The notes beneath the pieces are model-generated. The model made no database searches. It worked only from the letters and a program-made list of their open reading frames with translations, and was not told the DNA's origin. DNA of 64,000 bases from an uncultured Planctomycetaceae bacterium (GTDB lineage Bacteria; Planctomycetota; Planctomycetia; Planctomycetales; Planctomycetaceae), in NCBI GenBank assembly GCA_963815195.1, contig CAWFGE010000001.1:1-64000 (forward strand). The letters are read 5' to 3'. The stretch's first letter is position 1, and every line of letters begins with the position of its first letter. Of the stretch, positions 44,131-54,206 are shown piece by piece. The position numbers and the translations under genes were made by a program.

Positions 44131-45855
44131 TTACCCGTTCCGCAGCAGTTTGCGAAATTGACTGAGCGTGCGGGTGTTGGCGACGTCTTTTTTCTCTAAG
44201 CCGGCTCGGCGGGCTTGGAAGACGCCGTATGGCATCATGTCGAATCCCTCTGTGCTGTGGGAGTCGGTGTCGATCACGATCAGAATGCCCTGTTCCTTCG
44301 CGGCTTGGGCGTGGATGTCGTCCAAATCGAGCCGGGATGGATGGGCGTTGATCTCCATCATCACTCCATAATCGGCGGCGGCTTTGAAGACTTCCTTGTA
44401 ATTCACATCCGCCCCCGGCCGTTTCAGCAACAGCCGCCCCGAAGGATGCCCGATGGCCGAAATGTACGGGCATTTGATCGCCGTCAAGAGCCGCCTGGTG
44501 ATCTGGTCGCGGGGCTGCTTGAGGCCGTAATGCAGCACGGCGAGGGCCCAGTCTGCCTCTTTTAAGACATCGTTCGGCAAGTCCATCGTGGCATCTTCGA
44601 GGATGTCGCATTCGATGCCCTTCAGGATTTCGATGCCTTGGATGTCGGCGTTGATCTTGTCGATTTCCTCCCAATGTTTGAGCAGGCGTTTGCCGTCGAG
44701 GCCGTTGGCCATCGTGACGCGTTTGGAGTGGTCCGTAATCGCGATGTATTTGAGGCCCCGCTTCTTGGCGGCCTCGGCCATTTCCCGAATGCCCGCGGTG
44801 CCATCCGAGGCGGTCGTGTGCATGTGCAGGTCGCCCTTAATGTCTTCGAGCTCCAGCAGTTTCGGCAGGTGATGTTTTTCCGCGGCTTCGATCTCGCCCC
44901 GGTTCTCGCGAAGCTCCGGGGGAATCCACGGGAGGTCCACCGTGGCGTAAACTTCTTCCTCGGTCTTGCCGGCGATGCGCGTGTCGTCTTTTTCGCGGAA
45001 CACGCCGTATTCGTTGATCTTCAAACCGCGTTCCTGGGCCCGGCGGCGGATGACGATGTTGTGCTCTTTCGACCCGGTGAAATACTGGAGGGCCGCCCCG
45101 TAGGATTCATCGGGCACGACCCGCAAATCGAGTTCGATCCCCGAATACAGCCGGACCCGCTGCTTGGTCTCGCCGCGGGCGAGCACTTTTTCCACCAACT
45201 CATGCCCGGCGAGGCGGTCCATCGCTTCCGCGGAATTGGTCGACGTGACGAGCACGTCCAGATCGCCCGCCGACTCCCGGCACCGCCGGCAACTCCCCGC
45301 GACCGAAGCCTGTTTGACGGATTTCAACTTGAGGAGATCCGCGACGATGGTATCGGCGGCCGTTTTGGCTTCGTTGATGTAAAACCGCTTGCCGGCTTCT
45401 TTGACGGCGTCGATGTTTTCCAAAATCGTCTGCTCGGTCTTTTTGCCGAAACCTTTGAGCTCGGCAATCTGCCCGTTCTCGGCGGCGGCTTTGAGGCTCT
45501 CTAAGGAATCGATGTTGAGTTCTTTATACAGCGCGGCCACCTTCTTCGGGCCGATGCCCGGAAGCCCCAGCATGTCCAACACGCCGGGCGGGATCTCTTT
45601 GCGGAGTTCCTCCAATTGCGGCAGGCTGTTGGTCTCGACGATGGTTTTGATCTTCCCCGCGAGGTCTTTCCCGATGCCGGGCAAGTCGTCCAGATCGCGT
45701 TCGGGGTCGGCGAGGATGTCGGCGACGGCTTCGCTCAAGTTGCCGATGGTGCGGGCGGCGTTGCGGTAGGCGCGCACGCGGAACGGGTTCGCCTCTTGAA
45801 TTTCCAAGAGGTCGGCGAGCTGGTCAAAAATCCGGGCCACATCCGCGTTTTGCAT
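44131..45855 (-). CDS. polX: DNA polymerase X / PHP 3'-5' exonuclease
   Basis: [47 protein letters not shown]. Confidence 0.96.
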   Translation of the reverse strand: MQNADVARIFDQLADLLEIQEANPFRVRAYRNAARTIGNLSEAVADILADPERDLDDLPGIGKDLAGKIKTIVETNSLPQLEELRKEIPPGVLDMLGLPGIGPKKVAALYKELNIDSLESLKAAAENGQIAELKGFGKKTEQTILENIDAVKEAGKRFYINEAKTAADTIVADLLKLKSVKQASVAGSCRRCRESAGDLDVLVTSTNSAEAMDRLAGHELVEKVLARGETKQRVRLYSGIELDLRVVPDESYGAALQYFTGSKEHNIVIRRRAQERGLKINEYGVFREKDDTRIAGKTEEEVYATVDLPWIPPELRENRGEIEAAEKHHLPKLLELEDIKGDLHMHTTASDGTAGIREMAEAAKKRGLKYIAITDHSKRVTMANGLDGKRLLKHWEEIDKINADIQGIEILKGIECDILEDATMDLPNDVLKEADWALAVLHYGLKQPRDQITRRLLTAIKCPYISAIGHPSGRLLLKRPGADVNYKEVFKAAADYGVMMEINAHPSRLDLDDIHAQAAKEQGILIVIDTDSHSTEGFDMMPYGVFQARRAGLEKKDVANTRTLSQFRKLLRNG

Positions 45856-45887
45856 AAGGGTCACTCGAAGAAGAGTTGTCGCATTCA

Positions 45888-46040
45888 TCAGCCACTGGCG
45901 CTAGCCCACCGTTCCCCTGAGAACCGGACGCCAGCGCGTTCCGGCTGATTGATCGGAAAGGAGTTATTGTCGGATTCATCAGCCGTTGGGCGCTAGCCCC
46001 GGTTCACCGGACAACCGGACGCGAGCGCGTCCCGGCTGAT
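45888..46040. repeat. Two REP-like palindromic units (ATCAGCC...GGCTGAT family); related copies at 53332-53402 and 59286-59430
   Basis: ATCAGCC..GGCGCTAGCCC..CCGGACGC.AGCGCGT.CCGGCTGAT twice. Confidence 0.7.
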
Positions 46041-46137
46041 CGGAAACGCACCGCACCGAAACGGAAATCGAGGTGCGAGCGAACATCGCTCGCACCTCGA
46101 CCTTATTGTCGGGAACACAAGTTTGAGATTCAATCCC

Positions 46138-47019
46138 TTATTTCTGGACCAACCGCGTGGGAGCGGGGACGGGGATCCAGCCGAGGTTGATCTCGGAGGA
46201 TTCACGGCGGGGGTTTTCGGCAAGGGCCGGTTCCGACCAGGATTGGCGTTCGATCAACCGCGTGCGCTCCGGCATCGGGCGGGTGGTGATTTTGTCGTCG
46301 AGTTTCGCCAACGCGGGCGCGGCTTCGGCCTGGAACTTCACCTGCTGAACCGCGGTTCGGTGGGCCGGGGCCGGCTGGCGGCGGGCGAGAATTGCTTGGG
46401 GGATGCGAAGCTCTTCGCGGCCGCGCGTGCTCGGGTTTTCATCGAGCGTGTCCGGCATGTAGTCTCCGTCTTTGATGCCCATGTTATTGGGATTCCGCGG
46501 CTGGAACCCTTCGCCGGTGCCTTTTTTATCCTCTTCGTCGATAAACGTGCGTTGGCGAGCGCCGGCGGCATCGGGGCGAGGTTTGATGTTTGTGCCGGAT
46601 TGCGACCCCGAACTGGAAGCCAAATCGCAATTCCCGCTACTGCAATCCGTGCAACAGGACGAGTTGCTGCACGAGACGCAGGACGTGCAAGGCGAACAGC
46701 ACGCCGAGGAGGAATAGCAGCTCCGTTGCACGCCGCACGAACCGGTGGAGCAGCAGGGCGTGCAGCAGCTCGACGAGCCGGCGTAATAGGTCGTGGTGGG
46801 AACGTAAGAGGCTGTGTAGCTTGGAACGTAGGACGCTGTATAATAGCTGGAGTAGGAGGGATAATAGCTGGAGTACGGAGAGTAGTAAGAGGAATAATAC
46901 GACGGCCAGCCCCACATACTGTCATACCAACCAAAACCAAACTGGGCGGATGCCGAAGAGCAAGCCATCATCGCGGCCGCGAAGATGGGCAGCATGATTT
47001 TCAAAGTGGGATGTCTCAT
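46138..47019 (-). CDS. Secreted Tyr/Ser- and Cys-rich low-complexity protein
   Basis: RBS GAGG, signal peptide, YYSSYYSPYSSYY tract, multiple CC pairs. Confidence 0.7.
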   Translation of the reverse strand: MRHPTLKIMLPIFAAAMMACSSASAQFGFGWYDSMWGWPSYYSSYYSPYSSYYPSYSSYYTASYVPSYTASYVPTTTYYAGSSSCCTPCCSTGSCGVQRSCYSSSACCSPCTSCVSCSNSSCCTDCSSGNCDLASSSGSQSGTNIKPRPDAAGARQRTFIDEEDKKGTGEGFQPRNPNNMGIKDGDYMPDTLDENPSTRGREELRIPQAILARRQPAPAHRTAVQQVKFQAEAAPALAKLDDKITTRPMPERTRLIERQSWSEPALAENPRRESSEINLGWIPVPAPTRLVQK

Positions 47020-47251
47020 GGTTGAAACCTCAAGTTGGATGGAAGGATCCCGGAACGATGCAAAACCACCACGGCTACTGCTTCACTCAGAGTTATCAGC
47101 CCGCATTTTACACTAGTTGTACCGTTTGCAGCGGGGGAGTGTCAATCACCTGTCCGAACCGGGAATCCGAATTATAACAATCCAGCGGGAATGTTCCGAT
47201 CGCACCGGTTGGCGAGACTCAGTCCATTCGGAATATTCGTTATAACAGGCC

Positions 47252-48304
47252 ATGTTGTCGCAATCGCTACAAAAGATCCTGGCTGCCTATTCTCCGCGCT
47301 ATCGTCCAGTTCGCTGGGAAAACCTGCATTCGTCCGGGGGCTTTAGCGGCGCGGTGATCGGGCGGTTGGAAACCTCGGCGGGATCGTTTTGCCTGCGGGG
47401 CTGGCCGGCCGGTGCGCTGCAGGCGGTGCGGATCCTGGGACTGCATCGGCTGCTCAAGCGGGTGTTCGAGGCCGGCGTCCGCGAAGTCGCCGTGCCCGTT
47501 CCCGCTAGGAACGGCGAAACGCTAATCACCTGCCGAGGACAAAACTGGCAACTCGAACCGTGGATGCCCGGCACCGCGGACTTCTGGAACTCTCCGAGTC
47601 CAAAGCGGCTCGAAAACGCGATGGCGAAACTCGCGGCGTTTCATCAAGCCACCCGGTATGACACCGATGAAGGCCCCGCCCGGACGTGGTTCTTTCATCG
47701 GGAATCCGCTCCCTCGCCGGCGGTGGCGGAGCGGCTGATAATCCTCCGAGATTGGCAGCGGACGAAAATCCATCGGCTCGCCCATGACCTTTCGTTGGAA
47801 CCCGGCCGCGAACTCGCGGAACTGGCCGCGGAGTTCGTTTCGCGCTTCCCGCTGGTCGCGAATGTGGTGGGAACGCAATTGGATTTCTTGAGCCGGGTCC
47901 CGTTCCGATTGCAACCGTGCCTCAGGGACATTTGGCACGACCATGTCCTGTTTACCGGCGATGAAGTGACAGGGCTGATCGATGCGTCCGCCTGCCGGAG
48001 CGAACATATCGCCGCCGACCTCGCCCGGCTGTTGGGCAGTCTGCTGGGCGACGACAGCGAACGCTGGATGCAGGCGATCACCGTTTACGAACGCCACGCC
48101 GGGCCGTTGGATTCGCACGAGCGGGCCTTGATCGAAGTCCTGGACCGGAGCGGCGTTTTGCTCTCCGGGCTGATCTGGCTCGAACGGCTGCTGCTCGAGC
48201 GCGAAACCTTCGCCAACCGGCCCAAAGTGATCGCGCGGCTGGAGTCACTCCGCGGGCGGTTGAAAACCCTGGAAGCGACAATTCGCGGAAGCTTCTTGCC
48301 ATAA
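47252..48304 (+). CDS. APH/homoserine-kinase-type phosphotransferase
   Basis: GGFSGA, WMPG, LAAFH, QPCLRDIWHDHVLF, GLID. Confidence 0.85.
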   Translation: MLSQSLQKILAAYSPRYRPVRWENLHSSGGFSGAVIGRLETSAGSFCLRGWPAGALQAVRILGLHRLLKRVFEAGVREVAVPVPARNGETLITCRGQNWQLEPWMPGTADFWNSPSPKRLENAMAKLAAFHQATRYDTDEGPARTWFFHRESAPSPAVAERLIILRDWQRTKIHRLAHDLSLEPGRELAELAAEFVSRFPLVANVVGTQLDFLSRVPFRLQPCLRDIWHDHVLFTGDEVTGLIDASACRSEHIAADLARLLGSLLGDDSERWMQAITVYERHAGPLDSHERALIEVLDRSGVLLSGLIWLERLLLERETFANRPKVIARLESLRGRLKTLEATIRGSFLP

Positions 48305-48410
48305 GTGAGTTAGGATTACGAATTTTTCCGTATTCCCCCCGATCGGGGAAGTTTGTTATAACTCCCGGCCCTCTCCAGTTCTCGGCCGATCGTCTCCTGT
48401 CGGAACCGTC

Positions 48411-49418
48411 ATGCAACGGGCCTGTTCTGACGCTTGCTCCGAACCCAATGCGGATCGAACCCTGTCGTCCATCCGCCGGGGCCGTTCGCTGCGCTATGGG
48501 GTGTGTTTGCTGCTCGTGTGCGGCTCGCTGTCGGGCTGCACCTGGGTGCGGAAATGGCTGGGTCCCTCGCCGGAAAAATCGCACCGCCTCGCCGAAGAGG
48601 CGCGGCAGGCCGAGGAAGCCGGCCAGATTCCACAGGCGGTGGTGCTGCTCGAAGAAGCCCTTGAGGAAACGCCCAACGATCCCTACCTGCACCGCGAACT
48701 CGCCCGGTTGCTGCTCGGCCGGCAGGACTTCTACGCGGCGGCGGAGCATCTTGAGCAAGCCGTCGAGCAAAATCCCGACGATGTGGAAGCCAATGTCGAG
48801 TTGGCGAAGTTGTACATCGAGCACCAGCAGCCCGCCGCCGCGGCCGAGCGGTTGGACGCCGCGCTTCAGAACGATCCGAAACATCTGGCGGCGCTCTTGC
48901 TGCGGGCCAAGCTCGCGGAACATTTGCAGGATCCGCAAACGGCGATCGAGACCTATCATCGATTGTTGAACTGCGATCCCCACCACGTCGAAGCCCGGCT
49001 AAGAATCGCCCGCCTGCAGTTGGCGGAGAACGAGCCGAACCTGGCGGCACCGCTGCTCAGGTCGGTCTGCCAGTGTTCGCGGGCGGGTTGCGATGAAGTC
49101 GCCGACGCCCGCTGGTGCCTGGGCGTGGCTTACGGTCAGGAACGGCGGTGGTCGGACGCGGTCGAAGCGTTGTCCTCGTCCGCGGAGATCCGCCAATCGA
49201 TGTCGGCCGACGACTGGTACCGCCTGGCCTACGCCCGCACGCAAACGGAAGACTGGTCCGGGGCCCGAAAGGATTTGGACCGGGCCCTCCACATCAATCC
49301 CCGCCACGAAAACGCCCAAGCCATGCGGGGCGTCTTGAACCGCCAACTCGCCCCGGACGAGCCGATCCTGCGCATCGGTTATTCCGTCGCGCAAATCCCC
49401 GTGCCGGAACTCTGGTGA
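48411..49418 (+). CDS. TPR lipoprotein
   Basis: Lipobox LSGC, multiple TPR repeats; start uncertain. Confidence 0.82.
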   Translation: MQRACSDACSEPNADRTLSSIRRGRSLRYGVCLLLVCGSLSGCTWVRKWLGPSPEKSHRLAEEARQAEEAGQIPQAVVLLEEALEETPNDPYLHRELARLLLGRQDFYAAAEHLEQAVEQNPDDVEANVELAKLYIEHQQPAAAAERLDAALQNDPKHLAALLLRAKLAEHLQDPQTAIETYHRLLNCDPHHVEARLRIARLQLAENEPNLAAPLLRSVCQCSRAGCDEVADARWCLGVAYGQERRWSDAVEALSSSAEIRQSMSADDWYRLAYARTQTEDWSGARKDLDRALHINPRHENAQAMRGVLNRQLAPDEPILRIGYSVAQIPVPELW

Positions 49419-49560
49419 GCCTCGCCGTTGGACGCTCTGTTCTTCTGCGGATTTCAACAACCGGATTGCACGATCGTCGACATGGCGAAGTGTGTGGCGA
49501 ACCTCTTAAATCGCACCGAATATGCCTGTCATGCCTCAGGGCTGCCCGCTCGCAATCGGA

Positions 49561-52311
49561 TCACGGCAAGCCGTTGAGTTTTCGGACGACCCATTCCACC
49601 GTGAGCAGACCGAAGAACAACAGCAGGATCGGCCAGTTGTCCCAGAGTTCGATTTCTTCGCGGTTCTTCGTGCGGAACTCCGGCGGGACGAGGCGGTCGG
49701 GCAGGCTCTTGAGGGTGTCGGGGAAATACAGATAGCCGTCGCTTACGTCGGCCAGTTGTTGGAGCAGCTTGCGGTTCGCGGAGAGGTCGCTGAGTTCCAG
49801 CGTGGGCTTCTCGTTGACGTAAAATGTCGTCGCGATTTCGCCTTCGCCGAGGCCGGCGCTCGCGTCCAGCTTCACGCGGTATTCGCCGGGAGGCAGCGAG
49901 ATGGCCCGGGCTTCGTAAAGCAGCGAGCCGGTGCGGGTGGGTTCCAGTTCGATCGTCGTAAACGGCCGGTTTTCAAATTCCACGTTGCCGTTCTCGTCGA
50001 TGCGTTTGCGGTAGATCACCGCCTTGGCCTGGATGTTGGGATTCTGGTCCAGGAACTTTTGCGTCCAGCGGGCTTGGATGACGGCATCGTCGCCGTGCTC
50101 GATTTCGGTCTTCTGAAGTCCGAAGCGGACGACTTCGTTCCCCGCGCTGGCTTTGTTGCGGGTCGCCCAGCGGCCGAGTTGGCCCCAGAAGCGGTGATGG
50201 TATTTGTCGCCCACCCGGTGCCGCCAGCGCCAGGTGCTGTCGATGCCGATCCACAGCACCTGTCCCGTGCCCAGGTATTGATGGACAAACACCGCGTTTT
50301 TTCGCTCGTCCGCCAAGGTCAGGTTCCGGCCGAAGCCCATCTCGGCGGAGACGAACACGCTGGCGTTCGGTTTGACCTCGCCGAAGAGTCCCCAGGTATG
50401 GCCGGGCAGGTTTTGCCAGATGCGGGCGTTCTCGGCCCGGCTGGTCGTGTCGAATTGGAACATCGCTTCGCGTTCGCCGTCGGGCGTCAGCTGCAAATGA
50501 AAGCCCCGCTCCAAAGGATGGCCGGTGGACTTCACATCGTCGATGTTGATGGCCCGCAGCCGGGTGACGGGCAGCAGCCGTTCGAGCGTCGGCGATTGAT
50601 GAAACAGCGGAAAATCGTTTTTGCCCGCCGTCAACACCAGCGTCCCGCCGGACTCCGCGACGAACCGCTCCAACAAGAGCCAGGCTTTCTCCGGCATGTC
50701 GGCGGCGGCGACATCGCCGATGATGATCAGATCGGGATCGGCGAACGGCGAATGGGCCAGGTCGTCGGCATCCTCGGGAAGCTTCAGTTCGTGGGGGAAC
50801 CAGGTGTCTTCCAGAATCCCGATGTAGGGCTGATGAAACACAACCTCTTTCACATTCTCGCGGCCGATGCCTTCATCGCGGTAAAACGCATTCGTGAGAT
50901 AGCGGAACTCCCAGCGGGCTTCGCCCTCGGCGATCAAGACGTGCACTTTGTCATCCACGATGGTGAGCGCGAATCGGCGGGAGTTGTTGTCCCGGCGGGT
51001 TTCACCGTCTTCCGGTTTGACGCTCAAGGTGTATTCGTGCCGGCCAATTTCCTCTTCGTCCAATTCGAAGGTGAGGACGGTCTCGGTTTGCGTCGGCGTG
51101 ATTTTTCGCGTGATCGGTTCGCCCGCGGTGGGCTTCAGGATCACCGTGATTTCCTTGCCGGAGAAGCCCGACGTGTTGAGCACCGCCGTGAGGATGCGGG
51201 TGTCTTTTTTGAAGGACAACTGCGGGAAATCCAAATGGGCAATCGCGAGATCTTTGGGCCGCTGCTCCGAGCCGAGCAGGATGGGAAACACCGGAGCCTT
51301 GGCGTTCCCCAACCGGGCGGCGAGCCGGGTCGCATCCCGTCCCGCATTGTCGCGGCCGTCGGTCATGAGGACCACGCCCATCAAGGGGGCCGTGCTTTCG
51401 TTCCCCGCGGTCGGGGAAAGTCCCTGAGTCAAATCCGAGATCTGCGGCAGAATGCTCGCGGGCGGGTGGCTCAAATACTTTTTGAGCGTTTCCGCGTCGG
51501 CCGATTCCGACTTGCCGCCGAAGACCAAGAGCTCCGGGCTGCCGAGTGCTTCGAGCTGGGGCAAGAGCGGATCGGCGGTTTCGGTGAGCAGCCGCCGGGC
51601 GATTTCCTTGCGGGGGATTTGGTCGAGCCGCTGGAAAATCTCGTTCAATTGATCTTGGCGGGATTGGGTCAAGACCCGGCGGCGCTCGGGGTCCTGCGAT
51701 TCGTTCGGGCTGACCCACTGGGGCTCTTCGCCTGCATCGAACGCCTTCTGCCATTCGTCGAGCCGATCTTTGTTGGCTGCGTTGCCGATGAGCCCCAGCG
51801 TTCGGGCCCAGCGCAGTTTTTCCGCGGGCGTCGCGTGGGCATCGGAGGTGCCCATGCTTTCGGACAGGTCGATCGCGACCAGAATCCGCCCAGAGTGCTT
51901 TTTGTCGAGTTCCCAAGTCAGCGCGGGCTTTAAGAGCGTCAGAAAAAACACGCCCAGCACCAGGAGCCTTAAAATCAGAAGCGAATTCCCCACGGTCTTG
52001 GGAACGAGCTTGCGCTCGTATTGCAGGAGCATCACGATCAACACGCCCGCGGCGGCGGTCATCAGGATCGAAGCCCAAATCCAGCCGGTGAGGTGCATTC
52101 GCACGAGCAGCCAGCCGCAGCCCAAGAGCATCAGCACCGCGATCGCCTCGGCGAGGATCCCGGCTTTGCCCCCGGCCGGTTTCGACTTCCCACCGAAACG
52201 AGCCATGCCCCGGAGCGCCAGAATCAAGAGTGCGATCCCAGCCCCGGCCAGATACAACAGCAGCCAGCCGGAGGCGTCGCCTTCCTGAAAAATAAATTTG
52301 CGCTCAAACAT
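49561..52311 (-). CDS. Membrane protein with VWA domain and GATase-like/Ig-like regions
   Basis: N-terminal TMs, IDLSESM (MIDAS), LMTDG, RWEFRYL, TWRWR, C-terminal EWVVRK TM. Confidence 0.85.
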   Translation of the reverse strand: MFERKFIFQEGDASGWLLLYLAGAGIALLILALRGMARFGGKSKPAGGKAGILAEAIAVLMLLGCGWLLVRMHLTGWIWASILMTAAAGVLIVMLLQYERKLVPKTVGNSLLILRLLVLGVFFLTLLKPALTWELDKKHSGRILVAIDLSESMGTSDAHATPAEKLRWARTLGLIGNAANKDRLDEWQKAFDAGEEPQWVSPNESQDPERRRVLTQSRQDQLNEIFQRLDQIPRKEIARRLLTETADPLLPQLEALGSPELLVFGGKSESADAETLKKYLSHPPASILPQISDLTQGLSPTAGNESTAPLMGVVLMTDGRDNAGRDATRLAARLGNAKAPVFPILLGSEQRPKDLAIAHLDFPQLSFKKDTRILTAVLNTSGFSGKEITVILKPTAGEPITRKITPTQTETVLTFELDEEEIGRHEYTLSVKPEDGETRRDNNSRRFALTIVDDKVHVLIAEGEARWEFRYLTNAFYRDEGIGRENVKEVVFHQPYIGILEDTWFPHELKLPEDADDLAHSPFADPDLIIIGDVAAADMPEKAWLLLERFVAESGGTLVLTAGKNDFPLFHQSPTLERLLPVTRLRAINIDDVKSTGHPLERGFHLQLTPDGEREAMFQFDTTSRAENARIWQNLPGHTWGLFGEVKPNASVFVSAEMGFGRNLTLADERKNAVFVHQYLGTGQVLWIGIDSTWRWRHRVGDKYHHRFWGQLGRWATRNKASAGNEVVRFGLQKTEIEHGDDAVIQARWTQKFLDQNPNIQAKAVIYRKRIDENGNVEFENRPFTTIELEPTRTGSLLYEARAISLPPGEYRVKLDASAGLGEGEIATTFYVNEKPTLELSDLSANRKLLQQLADVSDGYLYFPDTLKSLPDRLVPPEFRTKNREEIELWDNWPILLLFFGLLTVEWVVRKLNGLP

Positions 52312-52387
52312 GCCGGAATGCCGAGGAAGCCCTCCGCCCACCCATCACAAAATCATGCGAAACAGAATCATTGCCGCGGAATGGTTA

Positions 52388-52711
52388 TTATAACTCAAAC
52401 TGTAAGCGGGGTGAGGGTGGCTGGGGCGCAAAGGAATGCATCAAGCAAAAAACGCGTTCGGAAGGCTGGGGCCATGGGAGTGATTTCTCTCGCGTCCATG
52501 GCCCCAGTTTTCGCTTGCCTAAGATCGCCAACGAAATAATTTAAACTTTTGAACTACTCAACATAACCAGGGGGCTTACGCGGGCACCGACCGCAGGTTG
52601 GTCTGCTCGCCTTTTTGTCCCCATGTTGAAGTTATTTTTTTGATGTTCCGAACTTTATTCATAGAGGAATCTGCGCCCCAGCCACCCAACCGCTTACAGT
52701 TTGAGTGATAA
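52388..52711. repeat. ~40-bp inverted repeat pair enclosing ~240 bp
   Basis: TTATAACTCAAACTGTAAGCGGGGTGAGGGTGGCTGGGGCGCA (52388-52430) vs revcomp TTATCACTCAAACTGTAAGCGGTTGGGTGGCTGGGGCGCA (52672-52711). Confidence 0.85.
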
Positions 52712-52810
52712 GAGCATTCCGCCCGACGAGTGCAGAACGAGGCCGCGACATTTTGAAAAGCGCCCTGCGAGCGGATGATTTTGTGCGACATGATTCTGTG
52801 ATTCTCTTCT

Positions 52811-53278
52811 TCAACCGAGGTCCGCGAGTTTCTCCGCGACCTCGGCGACGTGGCCGGCGACTTTGACTTTGGGCCACACGGCCGCGATTTTGCCTTCTTT
52901 GTCGATCAAGAACGTCGCCCGCTGAATGCCCATCGACTTTTTGCCGTACATGTTCTTCTCGACCCATACGCCGTATTTCTCGCAGACGGCGTGGTCTTCA
53001 TCGGCGAGCAGCGTGAACGGCAACTCGTGCTTGGCGGCGAACTTTTCGTGCGAAGCGACCGAATCGGTGCTCACGCCGAACACCACAGTGTCTGCGGCAT
53101 CGAACCCGCCGGCCTGGTCGCGAAAATCACAAGCCTCCGTCGTGCAGCCGGGCGTGTTGTCCCGCGGATAAAAATACAGCACCACGTTCTTGCCCACTTG
53201 ATCTTTGAGGGCGACTTTTCCCTTCGGGCTCGGCAAATTGAAAGCAGGGGCTTTTTTTCCAACTTGAGGCATCGGCAT
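52811..53278 (-). CDS. bcp: Thioredoxin-dependent thiol peroxidase (BCP)
   Basis: LYFYPRDNTPGCTTEACDFRD, RATFLID. Confidence 0.95.
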   Translation of the reverse strand: MPMPQVGKKAPAFNLPSPKGKVALKDQVGKNVVLYFYPRDNTPGCTTEACDFRDQAGGFDAADTVVFGVSTDSVASHEKFAAKHELPFTLLADEDHAVCEKYGVWVEKNMYGKKSMGIQRATFLIDKEGKIAAVWPKVKVAGHVAEVAEKLADLG

Positions 53279-53405
53279 GGGAGGTCTTTCTGGGATATTG
53301 GGCTCGCGGATCAATTAGGGGCATCGGATGGAACCGGGGCTAGCGCCCTGCGGCTAATGATGTGACAATGTCGCAACCGACACTAGCGCCCTGCGGCGAA
53401 TAATG

Positions 53406-54206
53406 CTAACGCGCATCGGTTTCGGGTTTTGGTTTTTCCTTGAGCAGCAGATCATAATGCACCCGGCCCACGTGCCACATGTAATTGGGGCCGAAACCGG
53501 CATCCTGCGCCCAGGTGTTTTTCGTCGCGGCGGCGAGGTGCTTTAAGGCGGGCCCTCGGCGGTTGTGAAGCGCGTGATTGAGGCCGATGTAAAGATGGGC
53601 GTAGAACTCGCGCTTCTGGCGTTCTTCGTCCGGGATCTTCGCATCCTGGATTTGCTTTAGGATTTGGTCCGGCGTGATTTCCTCGGCGAACAACCGATAC
53701 ACATCGGGAAACGGTTCGCGGTCGTCTTTTTCATATTTGAGCAAACCCTCGCGGGCTTTTTTCAGCCCGTAGGCTTTGGTCTGCGAGAAGAACCGCCAGA
53801 TCCCGTTTTCGCGGTCCACATCGTCGAAGGTGTGATAGGTCTCAAACTGGTTCGCGGCCTGTTTGTATTTCTTGTCGTAGAAATAAGCGATCCCCCGCCG
53901 CCAGTGCGACGGGGCGATCTTGGGTTCGAGCTCGACCATCTTTTCGTAGTCCGCGACGGCTCCCGCAAAATCGCCCAGAAAGAACCGGGCATCGCCCCGC
54001 TGGGAATAGCTGGGCGTGCGGTCGGGGTCGGCTTTGATTTGGGCCGTGGTCTTTTCGATCACCTTCTGAAACTGGGATTTCAGCTCCGCGCGTCTGGCCT
54101 CGGAGAGCGGATGTTCTTCCGCCCGCGTGGAATGGGTTTGAACCAACCCCGTCAATAGAAAGACCGCGACGGGAAACAGAGGCAAGCGGATCGGCAGAGG
54201 CATCAT
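53406..54206 (-). CDS. NlpI-like TPR protein with signal-like N-terminus
   Basis: RGDARFFLGDF..AVADY, HWRRGIAYFY, D.ENGIW, FYAHLYIGL; ATGA overlap with upstream gene. Confidence 0.85.
   Translation of the reverse strand: MMPLPIRLPLFPVAVFLLTGLVQTHSTRAEEHPLSEARRAELKSQFQKVIEKTTAQIKADPDRTPSYSQRGDARFFLGDFAGAVADYEKMVELEPKIAPSHWRRGIAYFYDKKYKQAANQFETYHTFDDVDRENGIWRFFSQTKAYGLKKAREGLLKYEKDDREPFPDVYRLFAEEITPDQILKQIQDAKIPDEERQKREFYAHLYIGLNHALHNRRGPALKHLAAATKNTWAQDAGFGPNYMWHVGRVHYDLLLKEKPKPETDAR

Noticed and set aside
49522..51933. Long antisense ORFs (803 aa here; also 16126-17958, 37615-39366, 2218-3228)
   Set aside because: Shadow frames of real genes in high-GC DNA, with no recognisable motifs.
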